Virus record (IMG/VR): IMGVR_UViG_3300046474_000470
Coordinates: 1 to 64,000 of that record
Strand: one strand, 5' to 3'
Length of the DNA: 64,000 nucleotides
Source: a virus
Position numbers and translations under genes: made by a program. A model generated the notes under the pieces. It saw only the letters and a list, made by a program, of their open reading frames with translations. It was not told the origin of the DNA and did not search any database. This document shows, piece by piece, positions 54,927 to 63,854 of this stretch (its first letter is position 1; each line of letters begins with the position of its first letter).

Positions 54927-55640
54927 CTAGTTGTTGAACCAGGCCACATGCGTGGCCCAGTCGGGTTTCGGGGTGGACCAGACGCTGTGGTCCATGCTGC
55001 GGCCTTCAGCAGTGGCCCAGTAGCCGTCGCCGTCGGAGCGGATGAAGCCGCTAGTCCTGCGGCACTGCTCGAACTCGTCAACCGTAAGCAGATCACCGCA
55101 GCTTCTATCGTGAGGCGTGAGCACGGGCACGGTCGGCGCCCAGTCGCCCCAGCTTTGCTCGCTGGCACGCCACTCGCACAGCTTGTCGAAGCGATCAGGC
55201 AGCGGCATCTCCTGCCATGTTGCGTGGGGATGCTCCAGGCCGCTGAAGACGATGCCGGCGCAGTCGCCAGTGGTGATGCCGACCTGGTCCATCACGCTGC
55301 GCAGCGCCTCGTCGAGGTCGTTGATGTTGGCTGCGACGTTGAGCATCTCGTCGGTGATGGCGTCGCCGGCGCGGCGCGTCGCCGGCTCGTCTTCGATCTC
55401 GGATATAGCGATCAAGCTCTCGTTTTCAGCGTCGATGTCGATCTGGGAGGGCAGGTTGAGACGCTCGCACAGGGCGTCGATCTGATCGTCGTCGAGCGGC
55501 GTGACGGCGCCGCAGTTGGTGGCGATGTCGATCAGGTTGCTCGGCACGGTACCGAGCCGCTGCAACTCGATCTGGTAGCCGCGCAGCGCGGCCAGCACGG
55601 TGGCGTGCTCGGCGGGGTTGAGGGCGTAGAGGGTGGTCAT
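54927..55640 (-). CDS. Multi-domain acidic hypothetical protein
   Basis: ATVLAALR...QIDALCERLN and GFIRSDGDGYWA...PDWATHVAWFN modules. Confidence 0.65.
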   Translation of the reverse strand: MTTLYALNPAEHATVLAALRGYQIELQRLGTVPSNLIDIATNCGAVTPLDDDQIDALCERLNLPSQIDIDAENESLIAISEIEDEPATRRAGDAITDEMLNVAANINDLDEALRSVMDQVGITTGDCAGIVFSGLEHPHATWQEMPLPDRFDKLCEWRASEQSWGDWAPTVPVLTPHDRSCGDLLTVDEFEQCRRTSGFIRSDGDGYWATAEGRSMDHSVWSTPKPDWATHVAWFNN

Positions 55641-55849
55641 GGGTTCTCCTCGTCAATCTGGGCCTCGACCCAGTCCCAGTAGCCGCGGATCGTGATCCGC
55701 TGCGCGACGGCTTGGCGCCAGTCCCAGGCCGAATAGCGTGGGTGCTCGCCATCGCGCTCATCGTTGCTGGGCGTCGTGTACTTTTGGCGCAGTTCGTCAG
55801 CCGTCAGCAGCCGGTCGTCACGCGCAAGTTCGGGCGGGTAGTGGCTCAT
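55637..55849 (-). CDS. Hypothetical protein (GEHPRY...DWR...GYWDWV family)
   Basis: ATGA-coupled. Confidence 0.65.
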   Translation of the reverse strand: MSHYPPELARDDRLLTADELRQKYTTPSNDERDGEHPRYSAWDWRQAVAQRITIRGYWDWVEAQIDEENP

Positions 55850-56064
55850 GCTTGTGTCTCCACTTCGTAATGCGTCCGGGCCCGCTCGAGCATGGCGTTG
55901 AAGTCCTGCTCGTTGCGGTCGGCCCAGTGCATCAGGTTGCAAAGCAGGTCGCCGAGGGCGTCTTCGCGGTCGGTGTTGGTCGCCATCTCGAAGTTGGCGA
56001 TCGCGATCTCGGCCCATTCGGCGCGGGCGTCGTTCTGTCCTTCGGGGTCGGGTGGCAGGTTCAT
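55846..56064 (-). CDS. Hypothetical protein (DLLCNLMHW family)
   Basis: AAGGAG RBS. Confidence 0.65.
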   Translation of the reverse strand: MNLPPDPEGQNDARAEWAEIAIANFEMATNTDREDALGDLLCNLMHWADRNEQDFNAMLERARTHYEVETQA

Positions 56065-56261
56065 TTCATCTCCTTGGGTTGGTAATAGGCGACCTCGCCG
56101 GTCCAGGCGAAAGGCCAGGTGTCCAGCTTCACGCCGGCGCGGCCGGTGAGCAGCATGCGCGGCGGCCAGCCGGGCCACTCAGTGTTGGCCATCTCGTGGT
56201 TGACGACGGTGCCGTCGCCGTGCGGCGTGGTGACGCGGGCGCCGATGACGGGAAGGGTCAC
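56061..56261 (-). CDS. Hypothetical protein
   Basis: Coupled. Confidence 0.55.
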   Translation of the reverse strand: MTLPVIGARVTTPHGDGTVVNHEMANTEWPGWPPRMLLTGRAGVKLDTWPFAWTGEVAYYQPKEMK

Positions 56262-56458
56262 GGCCGGACCCTCCCGTCCGACAGCTTGAGCATCTCGACG
56301 TACTCGTGCAGCCGCTTCTTCGCCACGCGCAGAGCTTCTTTGATAGCCGGCACGTCCTCCGGGTAAGTGGCGCCCTTGTTGGCGTCGGCGATCGAGGCGT
56401 TGACGAACTTTGTGATGCGCTTCTTCAGTTCGCGGGCTTCGCTGGTGGTGATGGTCAT
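56258..56458 (-). CDS. Hypothetical protein
   Basis: Coupled; GGGAG RBS. Confidence 0.6.
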   Translation of the reverse strand: MTITTSEARELKKRITKFVNASIADANKGATYPEDVPAIKEALRVAKKRLHEYVEMLKLSDGRVRP

Positions 56459-56664
56459 GTGGTCTCCCTGTGGCGGTTGTAGCGGCGCTCCTGCTCCCGG
56501 TGGGTCAGGATCTGGTACATCTCGCTGCGCCGGCGGTGGTAGGGCAGGGCCTTGTACTCGCGCTTGAGGCGCTTGCGGATCCAGACCAGCGTCTCGCCGG
56601 TACCGTCGGCGAGCAGTATGTGCAGGGCGGCGCGCCGGATGCGCCGGGCGGCGCGGCCGTTCAC
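56455..56664 (-). CDS. Basic hypothetical protein
   Basis: Arg-rich; coupled. Confidence 0.55.
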   Translation of the reverse strand: MNGRAARRIRRAALHILLADGTGETLVWIRKRLKREYKALPYHRRRSEMYQILTHREQERRYNRHRETT

Positions 56665-57053
56665 GATGCCGCTCCCGACATATCGATCACCACACGCAGA
56701 CCATCCAGGATGACGTAGTAGACGTCGGCCTTGCGGGTGGTGTAGACGCGGCGCCAGCGGTGGTCGTCCAGCACCTGCACCTCGCGGGCGGTGGGCACCT
56801 TGTCCGCCCTGGTCTGGCCGTTCTTCGAAAAGCGCTCGCGCTGGTTGGTGACGGCGAGCTTGCGGTGCTGGGTTGGGTCGCTGGCGAGCATCTCGTAGTT
56901 GCTGGCGCCGACGGCGCGCACCCCGCGGATCGCGCGATCCGGGCAGCCTTCGGCGGCCATGACGGCGCGGCGCGCGGCCCCTTCGTCGGTGGCCATGGTC
57001 TCGATGGTGACCCAGCCGCGGTCGTGCTTAATTCGCAGGCGAAAACGGAACAT
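56661..57053 (-). CDS. Hypothetical protein
   Basis: AEGCPDRAI and KVPT...RWRRVY modules; GAGGA RBS. Confidence 0.6.
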   Translation of the reverse strand: MFRFRLRIKHDRGWVTIETMATDEGAARRAVMAAEGCPDRAIRGVRAVGASNYEMLASDPTQHRKLAVTNQRERFSKNGQTRADKVPTAREVQVLDDHRWRRVYTTRKADVYYVILDGLRVVIDMSGAAS

Positions 57054-57246
57054 GCTCTTCCTCCTCGTCGTCGCCGGACGAAGTCCAGCCGGTGTTGGTG
57101 GTGGCCCGGGCGCCGTACTGCTCGCAGACCGGCTCGAGGACTTGATCCTGCAGCTCCTCGACGGCGAACTTCAGGATGCTGTTCATGCTGTCCGGCGGCG
57201 GGCCGTCGTCGCCGAAGTCGATCACGATCTTGATTTCAAGTTGCAT
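57028..57246 (-). CDS. Acidic hypothetical protein
   Basis: 72 aa. Confidence 0.5.
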   Translation of the reverse strand: MQLEIKIVIDFGDDGPPPDSMNSILKFAVEELQDQVLEPVCEQYGARATTNTGWTSSGDDEEEEHVPFSPAN

Positions 57247-57247
57247 G

Positions 57248-57784
57248 TCAGATCCCCCGGTTCCAGTAGCCCAGCTTGCTCATCGCCAGCACCGCGGCCT
57301 CGGCCTGCACGATGGCGTCGTTCAGGGCGTTGTGGTGCACGCCCTGGCTGCGATCGGGCGAGATGCCGGCCAGGTCGTACAGGGTGCGGGTGCAGCGCAC
57401 GTTGTAGAAGGTCCACGGCGCGTCGATGCCGGTCGCGCGGTAGGCGGCGTCCAGCAACGGCACGTCGAAGGTGGCGCCGTGGCACCAGACCTTCTCGCCT
57501 TTCTGGTAGGTGAACCAGTCGCGCAAGGAGTTCAGCACGCTGTTCAGGTGCCGGCCCTCCATACCGAACGCAGCAGCGCGCGCCTCGTCGCTCTGGCCCA
57601 TCCACCAGGCCACGGTGTCCAGATCGATGGTGAGGCCGGCGGCGGCGCAGCTCTTCGGGTCGATGGCCCAGTGCCGGCCTTCTTCAATCTGCACGCCGCG
57701 CTCGTCGAACGGCACGGCGCCGACGGAGAGAATGGCGGATCCGGGCGTGGTGCCCAGTGTTTCGATGTCAATCATGATGTGCAT
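57248..57784 (-). CDS. DEDDh 3'-5' exonuclease (Rv2179c/ExoVIII-like)
   Basis: MIDIETLG, WCHGATFD, RCTRT and HNALNDA. Confidence 0.88.
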   Translation of the reverse strand: MHIMIDIETLGTTPGSAILSVGAVPFDERGVQIEEGRHWAIDPKSCAAAGLTIDLDTVAWWMGQSDEARAAAFGMEGRHLNSVLNSLRDWFTYQKGEKVWCHGATFDVPLLDAAYRATGIDAPWTFYNVRCTRTLYDLAGISPDRSQGVHHNALNDAIVQAEAAVLAMSKLGYWNRGI

Positions 57785-57793
57785 ATGTGTTCC

Positions 57794-58057
57794 TTATTTG
57801 ATGCGGACGAAGGCGATCGCCTCTTCCAGCGTGAGGTTGGTGAGGATCTCCTCGGCACGACCGTCGACGAGGTCTTGGCCGCCGCCGAAGGCGGCGCGCC
57901 ACAGGTCGTCCGCAAGGATTTTCAGGTAGGCGTCATCGGCCAGCATGTCCGGTGCCAGCACGGCGCTGGCGCAGACGTCGTGGTCGACCATGTGCTCGCC
58001 GACGGCCATGAGGAAGGCGCCGGCTTCGGCGTGGGTGAGGTTGGCGGGGATGGTCAT
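57794..58057 (-). CDS. Hypothetical protein
   Basis: Coupled. Confidence 0.55.
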   Translation of the reverse strand: MTIPANLTHAEAGAFLMAVGEHMVDHDVCASAVLAPDMLADDAYLKILADDLWRAAFGGGQDLVDGRAEEILTNLTLEEAIAFVRIK

Positions 58058-58296
58058 GCCAGATTCTCCGCGAGGGCGCCGATCAGCTGCAGCGCGTTCA
58101 TGTGGTAGGTGGAGCCGGCGTGAGCCTGCAGCGCGGCGTGAATGATGGCGTCGGCATCGCTGGCGAACTTGGGGTCGTCATAAGGCACATCCGGATGGTC
58201 GCTCGGGCAGTCGATGCGCTGCAGCTGCAGGCGGCCGTCAACGTCAAACAGGTCCCAGCCCTCGGCCCAGGCTTGTGCATTGTCGAAATGAATCAT
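58054..58296 (-). CDS. Hypothetical protein
   Basis: AWAEGWDLF...LQRID...FASDADA motif; GGAGG RBS. Confidence 0.6.
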   Translation of the reverse strand: MIHFDNAQAWAEGWDLFDVDGRLQLQRIDCPSDHPDVPYDDPKFASDADAIIHAALQAHAGSTYHMNALQLIGALAENLA

Positions 58297-58454
58297 TCTT
58301 CCTCCGAAAGGTTGCGGCGCGCGAGCTCGGCGCGCGCCAGGTTGGCATAGGCTCGGCGGCCGGCGGCGCGCTCTTTCTCGAGCACACCGTACACCTGCCG
58401 GTCGGTGCACTGACGCAGGTAGCCTTCGAATTCGTGGCGATCTTGGTTGGTCAT
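58293..58454 (-). CDS. Hypothetical protein (53 aa)
   Basis: ATGA-coupled on both sides. Confidence 0.55.
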   Translation of the reverse strand: MTNQDRHEFEGYLRQCTDRQVYGVLEKERAAGRRAYANLARAELARRNLSEEE

Positions 58455-58708
58455 GCCCAGCCCTCGTCGAACACATGAAAGACCATGCCGCCGGCCGTCT
58501 GCACGGTGCCGATAAAGGCGCCCTCGTAGTTCTGGTTCGGCCAGCCGGTGCCGATCACGCGGAGCCGGCGCGGCGCCGGCGGGCTCTCCGGATTGACCAG
58601 TGCCCAGACATAGAGCTCGCCAGCCTGCCCGCCGGTGGAGAGGATTTGCGCGTCGGCCGGCATGAGCGTCTCGCCGGACTGGATCAGATACTTGTAGATG
58701 GTTTTCAT
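58451..58708 (-). CDS. Hypothetical protein (MKTIYKY...GTG...FIGTVQ...VFHVF family)
   Basis: Widespread phage motif. Confidence 0.7.
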   Translation of the reverse strand: MKTIYKYLIQSGETLMPADAQILSTGGQAGELYVWALVNPESPPAPRRLRVIGTGWPNQNYEGAFIGTVQTAGGMVFHVFDEGWA

Positions 58709-59160
58709 GGCGCGTAAATCTCCGTGTTGGTGAGATCGATCTTCGGCAGCGCCTCCAGCGGCACGAAGGCGACCCAAGGGTTGGCAATCATGTTGCTGTC
58801 GCTGGCAAGGATCAGCGCGTGGCCATACGGCGCCCACGGGATGATCTTGAAGCTGCCGATGTAGTCGTTGCTGGCGCCGCCGATGCGCGGCGTGCAGCGG
58901 CTCTCGACCCGCCGGCGAACGTCTGGCAGCGGCCGCACGTACAAACCATGCTTGAGGCAGCTGCTCAGGTTGTCGTCGCCCCAAATCTTGATGCCCGGCG
59001 CCTCGGAGCTGACGAAGAAGTAGCCGGGCGGGGCGATAGGGAGGGTGCCGCGGTCGCTGCGCTCGTAGCGGCAGTATTTGAAGTCGGCGAACAGGCTGGC
59101 CAGGTCGGGCATGACGCCGAACAGGGTCTTCGCGACGCTTTCGTCAGGTAGCGGCTTCAT
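58705..59160 (-). CDS. Hypothetical protein
   Basis: Coupled; GGAGG RBS. Confidence 0.6.
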   Translation of the reverse strand: MKPLPDESVAKTLFGVMPDLASLFADFKYCRYERSDRGTLPIAPPGYFFVSSEAPGIKIWGDDNLSSCLKHGLYVRPLPDVRRRVESRCTPRIGGASNDYIGSFKIIPWAPYGHALILASDSNMIANPWVAFVPLEALPKIDLTNTEIYAP

Positions 59161-59603
59161 CGCGCAGCCTCCTGTGTCTGCTCGATGTCCTCGACCTGCG
59201 CGCGGACGTCGTCTTCCAGCTCCTCGCGCGCCAACAGCACGCGGATCCGGGCGATGACGTCGGCAGGCTTCGGGTCGTAGGTTTCCTCGCCCTTCTCGTT
59301 GACGGTGTAGGCGCTGCTGCTGAACAGGCGCCAGACGTCGTCGAAGTGCAGGCCGAAGAAAATCTCGAGGGCGTCCCAGTTGTTCGGGTTGTCGGCGCCG
59401 GGCGCGGTGTCCAGCAGGAGGACCGGGACGCGGCCGGAGCCGGTACCGCGCAGCTCGAAACCCTGCTGGTTAAAGACCGGGTCCTGGGCTGCATGGCCGG
59501 CGGCGCAGGCCGCGGTGCCACAGGTCCAGTTGTCCATCTTGAGCCGCCCGGGCGGCACGCGCTCGAGGATGGTGATGAGGTGTTTCAGGCGTTCACGGTT
59601 CAT
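59157..59603 (-). CDS. CGTxACxxG-family protein, paralogue A
   Basis: MNRERLKHLIT...CGTAACAAGHA. Confidence 0.7.
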   Translation of the reverse strand: MNRERLKHLITILERVPPGRLKMDNWTCGTAACAAGHAAQDPVFNQQGFELRGTGSGRVPVLLLDTAPGADNPNNWDALEIFFGLHFDDVWRLFSSSAYTVNEKGEETYDPKPADVIARIRVLLAREELEDDVRAQVEDIEQTQEAAR

Positions 59604-59782
59604 GACTTCTCCTGGTAGTAGGTCTGGCAGAGGACGGCGTCGTTGAGGGCGTTGATCAGCTGGCGGCGCCACTCGTTGTCGTTTTCCATCGGCTCCTGGT
59701 CGTAGATGAAGGTGTGGATCGGCGTGGCCTCACCGCGCTTGACTGCAGCAGAAGCCTCTTCGTAGGGAGGCAAGTTGGTCAT
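59600..59782 (-). CDS. Hypothetical protein
   Basis: Coupled. Confidence 0.6.
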   Translation of the reverse strand: MTNLPPYEEASAAVKRGEATPIHTFIYDQEPMENDNEWRRQLINALNDAVLCQTYYQEKS

Positions 59783-60240
59783 TCCTCTTCCTCCTCGAAG
59801 CTGATCTCGACGCGCAGCAGGTTGCCGGCGCTGTCCTCCACCCGGTAGACCGGAAAGCGGCCGTCGCCCCAGGCGGTGCGGGAAGCGACCGCCGTCTCGG
59901 CGCCGCGGCCAGCGAGCTCGCCGCCCTTGCTGCCGTCAATGGTGCGGAAGCAGGCGCTGTTGTAATCCAGGCCGTAGCGCGGCAGGGTGGTCGGGATGCG
60001 CTGGTAGGTGCCGGCGTCGAGCAGCTGGTTCATGCATTTGCCGCCTTCGCTCTCGATCGGCGACTGGAAGTGGTCGAAGTCGACGCCATACTGCAGGACC
60101 TTACCGTCGGCGTTCTTGAAGCGGCGGATGTCCTGGAATTCGGTGTCCTGCCAGTGGGCGAGATAGCGGGGGTCGACGATGACGAACTGGCCGGAGTCGA
60201 TGGTGATGTGGCCGATGAGCTTGCGGATGGGGTGGGTCAC
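59779..60240 (-). CDS. DUF4241-like protein
   Basis: IDSGQFVIVDP and TAWGDGRFPVY. Confidence 0.65.
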   Translation of the reverse strand: MTHPIRKLIGHITIDSGQFVIVDPRYLAHWQDTEFQDIRRFKNADGKVLQYGVDFDHFQSPIESEGGKCMNQLLDAGTYQRIPTTLPRYGLDYNSACFRTIDGSKGGELAGRGAETAVASRTAWGDGRFPVYRVEDSAGNLLRVEISFEEEEE

Positions 60241-60554
60241 AGGAGGTCTCCCAGGGTTTGCTGTTTGATGGTGGTGGAAACGATGCCGTACATTTCGGTA
60301 CGGTGCTGGCAGTTGCCGTACTTGCGCAGACAGGTGATCATGCCGCGCGGGGCCGTGTCGCCAGCGAAGTTGAGGGCGCACTGGATGGCGTCGGCCTTGG
60401 TCAGCGCGATGCTTTGGCTTTCGGACAGGCAGCCGGGCAGATGCCACTCGGCGATCCAGATCTTGCGGCGCAGGGCGCTAGCCAGCACGTCGGCGGCGCG
60501 AACGCCGTAACCGTCGGCCAGGCGCTCGATGGCTTCGTCGAAGGTGAGCTTCAC
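60237..60554 (-). CDS. Hypothetical protein
   Basis: GTG after GGGAGG; PGCLSES motif. Confidence 0.55.
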   Translation of the reverse strand: MKLTFDEAIERLADGYGVRAADVLASALRRKIWIAEWHLPGCLSESQSIALTKADAIQCALNFAGDTAPRGMITCLRKYGNCQHRTEMYGIVSTTIKQQTLGDLL

Positions 60555-60739
60555 AGCAGCCTCCCTTCGATGATGCGACTGGCCACCAGCACGACGCAGC
60601 CGGGCTTGTGCTCCACGGGCAGCATGTCGAGGTCGACGATGCAGTAGCGGCAGCGGGCGTCGCCGTGCGGGTTGATCCAGCGATGCCAGCGGTGCACCGT
60701 CTGGGCAAGCTGCAGCACTTCTTCGGGGGTGGCGCTCAT
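60551..60739 (-). CDS. Small Cys/His protein
   Basis: CRYC...HKPGC. Confidence 0.6.
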   Translation of the reverse strand: MSATPEEVLQLAQTVHRWHRWINPHGDARCRYCIVDLDMLPVEHKPGCVVLVASRIIEGRLL

Positions 60740-60957
60740 GCTTCCTCCTCGATCCAGCGCAGGCCGAGGAAGTGCGGCGACCATGCCTTGTGCAGGCGCA
60801 TGTCGCCGACGTCGTCGGGGTTGGACCAGACGTGCACGTAATTCGTTTCCGGGTCCCAGCCGGCAACGGTGTAGAAGCGTGCCGGATAAGCGCCGCGCTC
60901 GCGCACGACGTCGCCCGGGCGGACCTTGAAGCCGGAGTCTTCGCGGACGAGGATCAT
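60736..60957 (-). CDS. Hypothetical protein
   Basis: Coupled. Confidence 0.6.
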   Translation of the reverse strand: MILVREDSGFKVRPGDVVRERGAYPARFYTVAGWDPETNYVHVWSNPDDVGDMRLHKAWSPHFLGLRWIEEEA

Positions 60958-61193
60958 TTCTGGGCCTCGACGTCGCGTAGTTGCTTGATCAGCGCGAGGA
61001 GGGTGTTCGGGTTGGCAGCTTCGACGAAGGCAAGCTCCGGGCTGTCTTCGCCGACACAGGTCTCCAGCACGTAGCGCATGCCGCCGTAGCTGGGCGCGGC
61101 GATGACGACGCCGGTGGATTCCCAGTCGCCGCGGAAGGTGCCGCCGCCGGCGGCGATGGCTTTCGCTTCGAGATCGTCAAGGTTGGTGGTCAT
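60954..61193 (-). CDS. Ead/Ea22-like protein
   Basis: LDDLEAKAIAA...FVEAANPNTLLALI motif. Confidence 0.7.
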   Translation of the reverse strand: MTTNLDDLEAKAIAAGGGTFRGDWESTGVVIAAPSYGGMRYVLETCVGEDSPELAFVEAANPNTLLALIKQLRDVEAQK

Positions 61194-61270
61194 TCGTCGA
61201 GGCTCCAGCTGAGGCCGAGGATTTCAGCCGGCCACGGCGTCAGGTGGCGCACGTCGGTGGCGCGGCTCAT
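61190..61270 (-). CDS. 26-aa micropeptide MSRATDVRHLTPWPAEILGLSWSLDE
   Basis: GAGGAG RBS; ATGA overlaps at both ends. Confidence 0.5.
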   Translation of the reverse strand: MSRATDVRHLTPWPAEILGLSWSLDE

Positions 61271-61656
61271 TTCGTTTCTCCTCGTGCAAGTAATTTTTCG
61301 ATGCGGGCGATGACGTCCGCGGTGGTGGGATTGCGGCCGTAGCTGCCCGACGAGAACAGATTCAGGCTCTCCTGCAGGGTGATGTCGAAGAACTGGGAGG
61401 CGACGTCGAAGCCGGTGAGCCAGTCTTCGGTACCGGCCAGTCGCGGCTGGAAAGCTGCGGCGTTGCCACCGTACTGCGACTGCTCATAGACCAGCGTCAG
61501 GCCCTGCTCGATAAAGACTGGGTCGAGGCAGGCCCATCCAATGGCGCAGGCCACCGTGCCGCAGTCGCGGTTCTCGCGCCAGGTGCTGAGGGTGAATTGC
61601 TCGGCCGGCACGCCCTGCAGGACGGTGATCAGGTGCTGCAAACGCTCGCGGCTCAT
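61267..61656 (-). CDS. CGTxACxxG-family protein, paralogue B
   Basis: MSRERLQHLIT...CGTVACAIGWA. Confidence 0.7.
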   Translation of the reverse strand: MSRERLQHLITVLQGVPAEQFTLSTWRENRDCGTVACAIGWACLDPVFIEQGLTLVYEQSQYGGNAAAFQPRLAGTEDWLTGFDVASQFFDITLQESLNLFSSGSYGRNPTTADVIARIEKLLARGETK

Positions 61657-62042
61657 TTCGTGGCTCCTGTGGCAAGGGTGATGGCGCGGTTGTAGGTGGC
61701 GACGACTTCCTTCGGCGTGCGGCCGAGGAATTCAGCGACGGCTTCGAGCGTGAGGTGGCCGGTGAGCTCCATGGTCGGCGACCAGCTGGCGCGCAGCAGG
61801 CGCGCCATGTCGAGGGTGAGATCGGAGCCCTCAGCCTGGGTGATGAGGGCTTCGATTTCTTCAGGCGACTCGGTGACGGTCAGGGATCCGCTCACCAGGT
61901 GGACGCTCGTCAGCTGCACGCGGCTGCCGGTGTCTGTCTGGTAGGGCGGCGGCAGGGTGATGCTTTCGATGTTGGTGGTGCGGATACGCACCGGGCGTTG
62001 GCGGGCATAGGTGGCGGCGTTGTTCAGGGTGATGAAGGACAT
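61653..62042 (-). CDS. Hypothetical protein with an FlbD-like N-terminal domain
   Basis: FITL...NIESI...LTVTESPEEI pattern. Confidence 0.55.
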   Translation of the reverse strand: MSFITLNNAATYARQRPVRIRTTNIESITLPPPYQTDTGSRVQLTSVHLVSGSLTVTESPEEIEALITQAEGSDLTLDMARLLRASWSPTMELTGHLTLEAVAEFLGRTPKEVVATYNRAITLATGATK

Positions 62043-62375
62043 TTAATTCTCCTTGATGTTGGCGATGAGGCGATCGAGCCATGCGAGGCGGGCAAGGTGC
62101 AGGATGCCGTCCTCGTTCATGTAGCCGTCGAAGTATTGAGGTGGCAGATCGCGGGTGGGCGTGCCCGGGCAAACTTCCTTGACCAGCCAGGTCGAGAGCA
62201 GGAAGAACGGGGCGATGCCCTCCTCGATGACGGCCCTGATGTCGCGCGCGAGGACGCCTTCCGCGCGCCCTTCGATGGCGTTGTGGATGGCGAAGCAGAT
62301 GTAATGCTGCTTGCCGCTGTCGATGAGGGCGCGCGCGGCCTCCAGGATGGGCAGATGCTTGTGGGTGAGGGTCAT
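62043..62375 (-). CDS. Hypothetical protein
   Basis: YICFAI...ARLAWLD motif. Confidence 0.65.
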   Translation of the reverse strand: MTLTHKHLPILEAARALIDSGKQHYICFAIHNAIEGRAEGVLARDIRAVIEEGIAPFFLLSTWLVKEVCPGTPTRDLPPQYFDGYMNEDGILHLARLAWLDRLIANIKEN

Positions 62376-62593
62376 TCTTCCCCCATCTCAAGGGTCTTCA
62401 CCATGTCGATGACGACCGCGTCGAGAGTGCGCTGGGCACTGGCCAGGCGTTCCATGGCGTCGAGCACCTGCGGGAAACGCTCGCGGATCTGCGGCTTGAG
62501 CTCAGCCCAGCACACGCTGCGCGTCATGTCGCCCTTTTCGGCGTGGAAGTGGCTCAGGCCGCGGGCTTCGGCGGCGTTCAGTTTTGTGGTCAT
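62372..62593 (-). CDS. Hypothetical protein
   Basis: GAGGT RBS. Confidence 0.6.
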   Translation of the reverse strand: MTTKLNAAEARGLSHFHAEKGDMTRSVCWAELKPQIRERFPQVLDAMERLASAQRTLDAVVIDMVKTLEMGEE

Positions 62594-62596
62594 GCG

Positions 62597-63049
62597 TTAC
62601 CTCGTAATGATGGCGCCGGTGGCGTCGTTGGTTTGGCGAACGGTGAAGTCGACTTTCAGCTGGCGGATGGTGCGGCGACGCTGGCGGGCGTTGCCGGACA
62701 GGCTGAAGGTGACGATGTGCTTGTCGCCGTCCCAGACCTCGACGCGGCCGGCGTAGGGCCCGGCCGGGCTGTCGTAGCGCTGGATGATCTTGGGGCGGTG
62801 GTGGGTCACCCAGCCGCCGTTCAGCACTTTCAGTTCGAGGCCGTCGAAGTCGACATCGATCAGCATCCGGGCGGCGGCCGCCTGCACAGCGCTGTTGGTG
62901 ACGGTCTGGCGGGCGGGCGCGGACTGGCGCCGGCCGGTGCCCAGGGGTTTGACGCGGCCCAGCTGCTGCTCTTTGCTCGAGCCGTTGCAGATGCAGCGGT
63001 CGGGCAGATACTGGTTGCAGACCGGGCAGCGCGGTGGTGTGTTTCTCAT
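62597..63049 (-). CDS. Hypothetical protein with a CxxC...CxC N-terminus
   Basis: GGAG RBS; ATGA overlap. Confidence 0.55.
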   Translation of the reverse strand: MRNTPPRCPVCNQYLPDRCICNGSSKEQQLGRVKPLGTGRRQSAPARQTVTNSAVQAAAARMLIDVDFDGLELKVLNGGWVTHHRPKIIQRYDSPAGPYAGRVEVWDGDKHIVTFSLSGNARQRRRTIRQLKVDFTVRQTNDATGAIITR

Positions 63050-63420
63050 GCTCCCTCCATGTAGGCTTTGATGGCCTCGTCGAGCATGTCGCCCGAGTAG
63101 GTCTGGATGCCGTTCGTCAGGTCGCTGGCCTGCACCACGGCGAGCCGGCCGTCGCTCCAGTGCATGGCGCGCAGGGCGGCGTAGAGGTCGGCGGGGGCGA
63201 GGGCGGCGGCGCGCTCGCACAGCGCGGCGTCATGCGAGCCGGCCATGTCGTCATGCTGGTCCTCCAGTTGTTCGATGTGGGCGGCTTGCTGGGCGAGGGC
63301 GGCACGCAGCTCGGCGATCTCGGCGATCATGTGCACGGTGTTCAGCGGCGCGACGCGCTTTTGCGGGTGGCGCTTGAACCAGTCGGCGCGGCGCTCCTCC
63401 CAAGTCTTTACGGGCTTCAT
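63046..63420 (-). CDS. Hypothetical protein
   Basis: MKPVKTWEERR; AAGGA RBS. Confidence 0.6.
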   Translation of the reverse strand: MKPVKTWEERRADWFKRHPQKRVAPLNTVHMIAEIAELRAALAQQAAHIEQLEDQHDDMAGSHDAALCERAAALAPADLYAALRAMHWSDGRLAVVQASDLTNGIQTYSGDMLDEAIKAYMEGA

Positions 63421-63854
63421 TTTCTTCCTTTCTTGGCAAGTTTCTTGGCGTCGACGGCGTCGTTCCAGGCGCGGTGCTCGGCGTGCTGGGCGCGAGTCTG
63501 CATGACGGCGGCCCAGTCGATAGGCTCGCGGAACCGCCAGTATTCGCCCGGCACCGGCGGGAAGCCGGCCAGCGCGTGTTCGGGCGGCGGCGCCTCGCCA
63601 GCGTACTGGACGTGCTTGTTGCCGTCGTAGTGCGTCAGGTCGTAATTCATCTGGTTGCCGCAGGTCGGGCACTTGAAGCCGTAAATGGTGCGTCGGGTGC
63701 GACCGCAGTCCGCGCCGAAGCAGTAGGGCACGTAGTTGGGATCGTCATCCTTTTGCTTTTGCATCGGGTCGTCCTTCAGCCGCGGGTGATTGATGTCGGT
63801 CTTGGGGATGCGGTGGCGCGCGGCCAGCTGCTCGGCGAGTTGTTCGAGGCTCAT
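63417..63854 (-). CDS. Zinc-ribbon hypothetical protein
   Basis: YVPYCFGADC...FKCPTCG. Confidence 0.6.
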   Translation of the reverse strand: MSLEQLAEQLAARHRIPKTDINHPRLKDDPMQKQKDDDPNYVPYCFGADCGRTRRTIYGFKCPTCGNQMNYDLTHYDGNKHVQYAGEAPPPEHALAGFPPVPGEYWRFREPIDWAAVMQTRAQHAEHRAWNDAVDAKKLAKKGRK

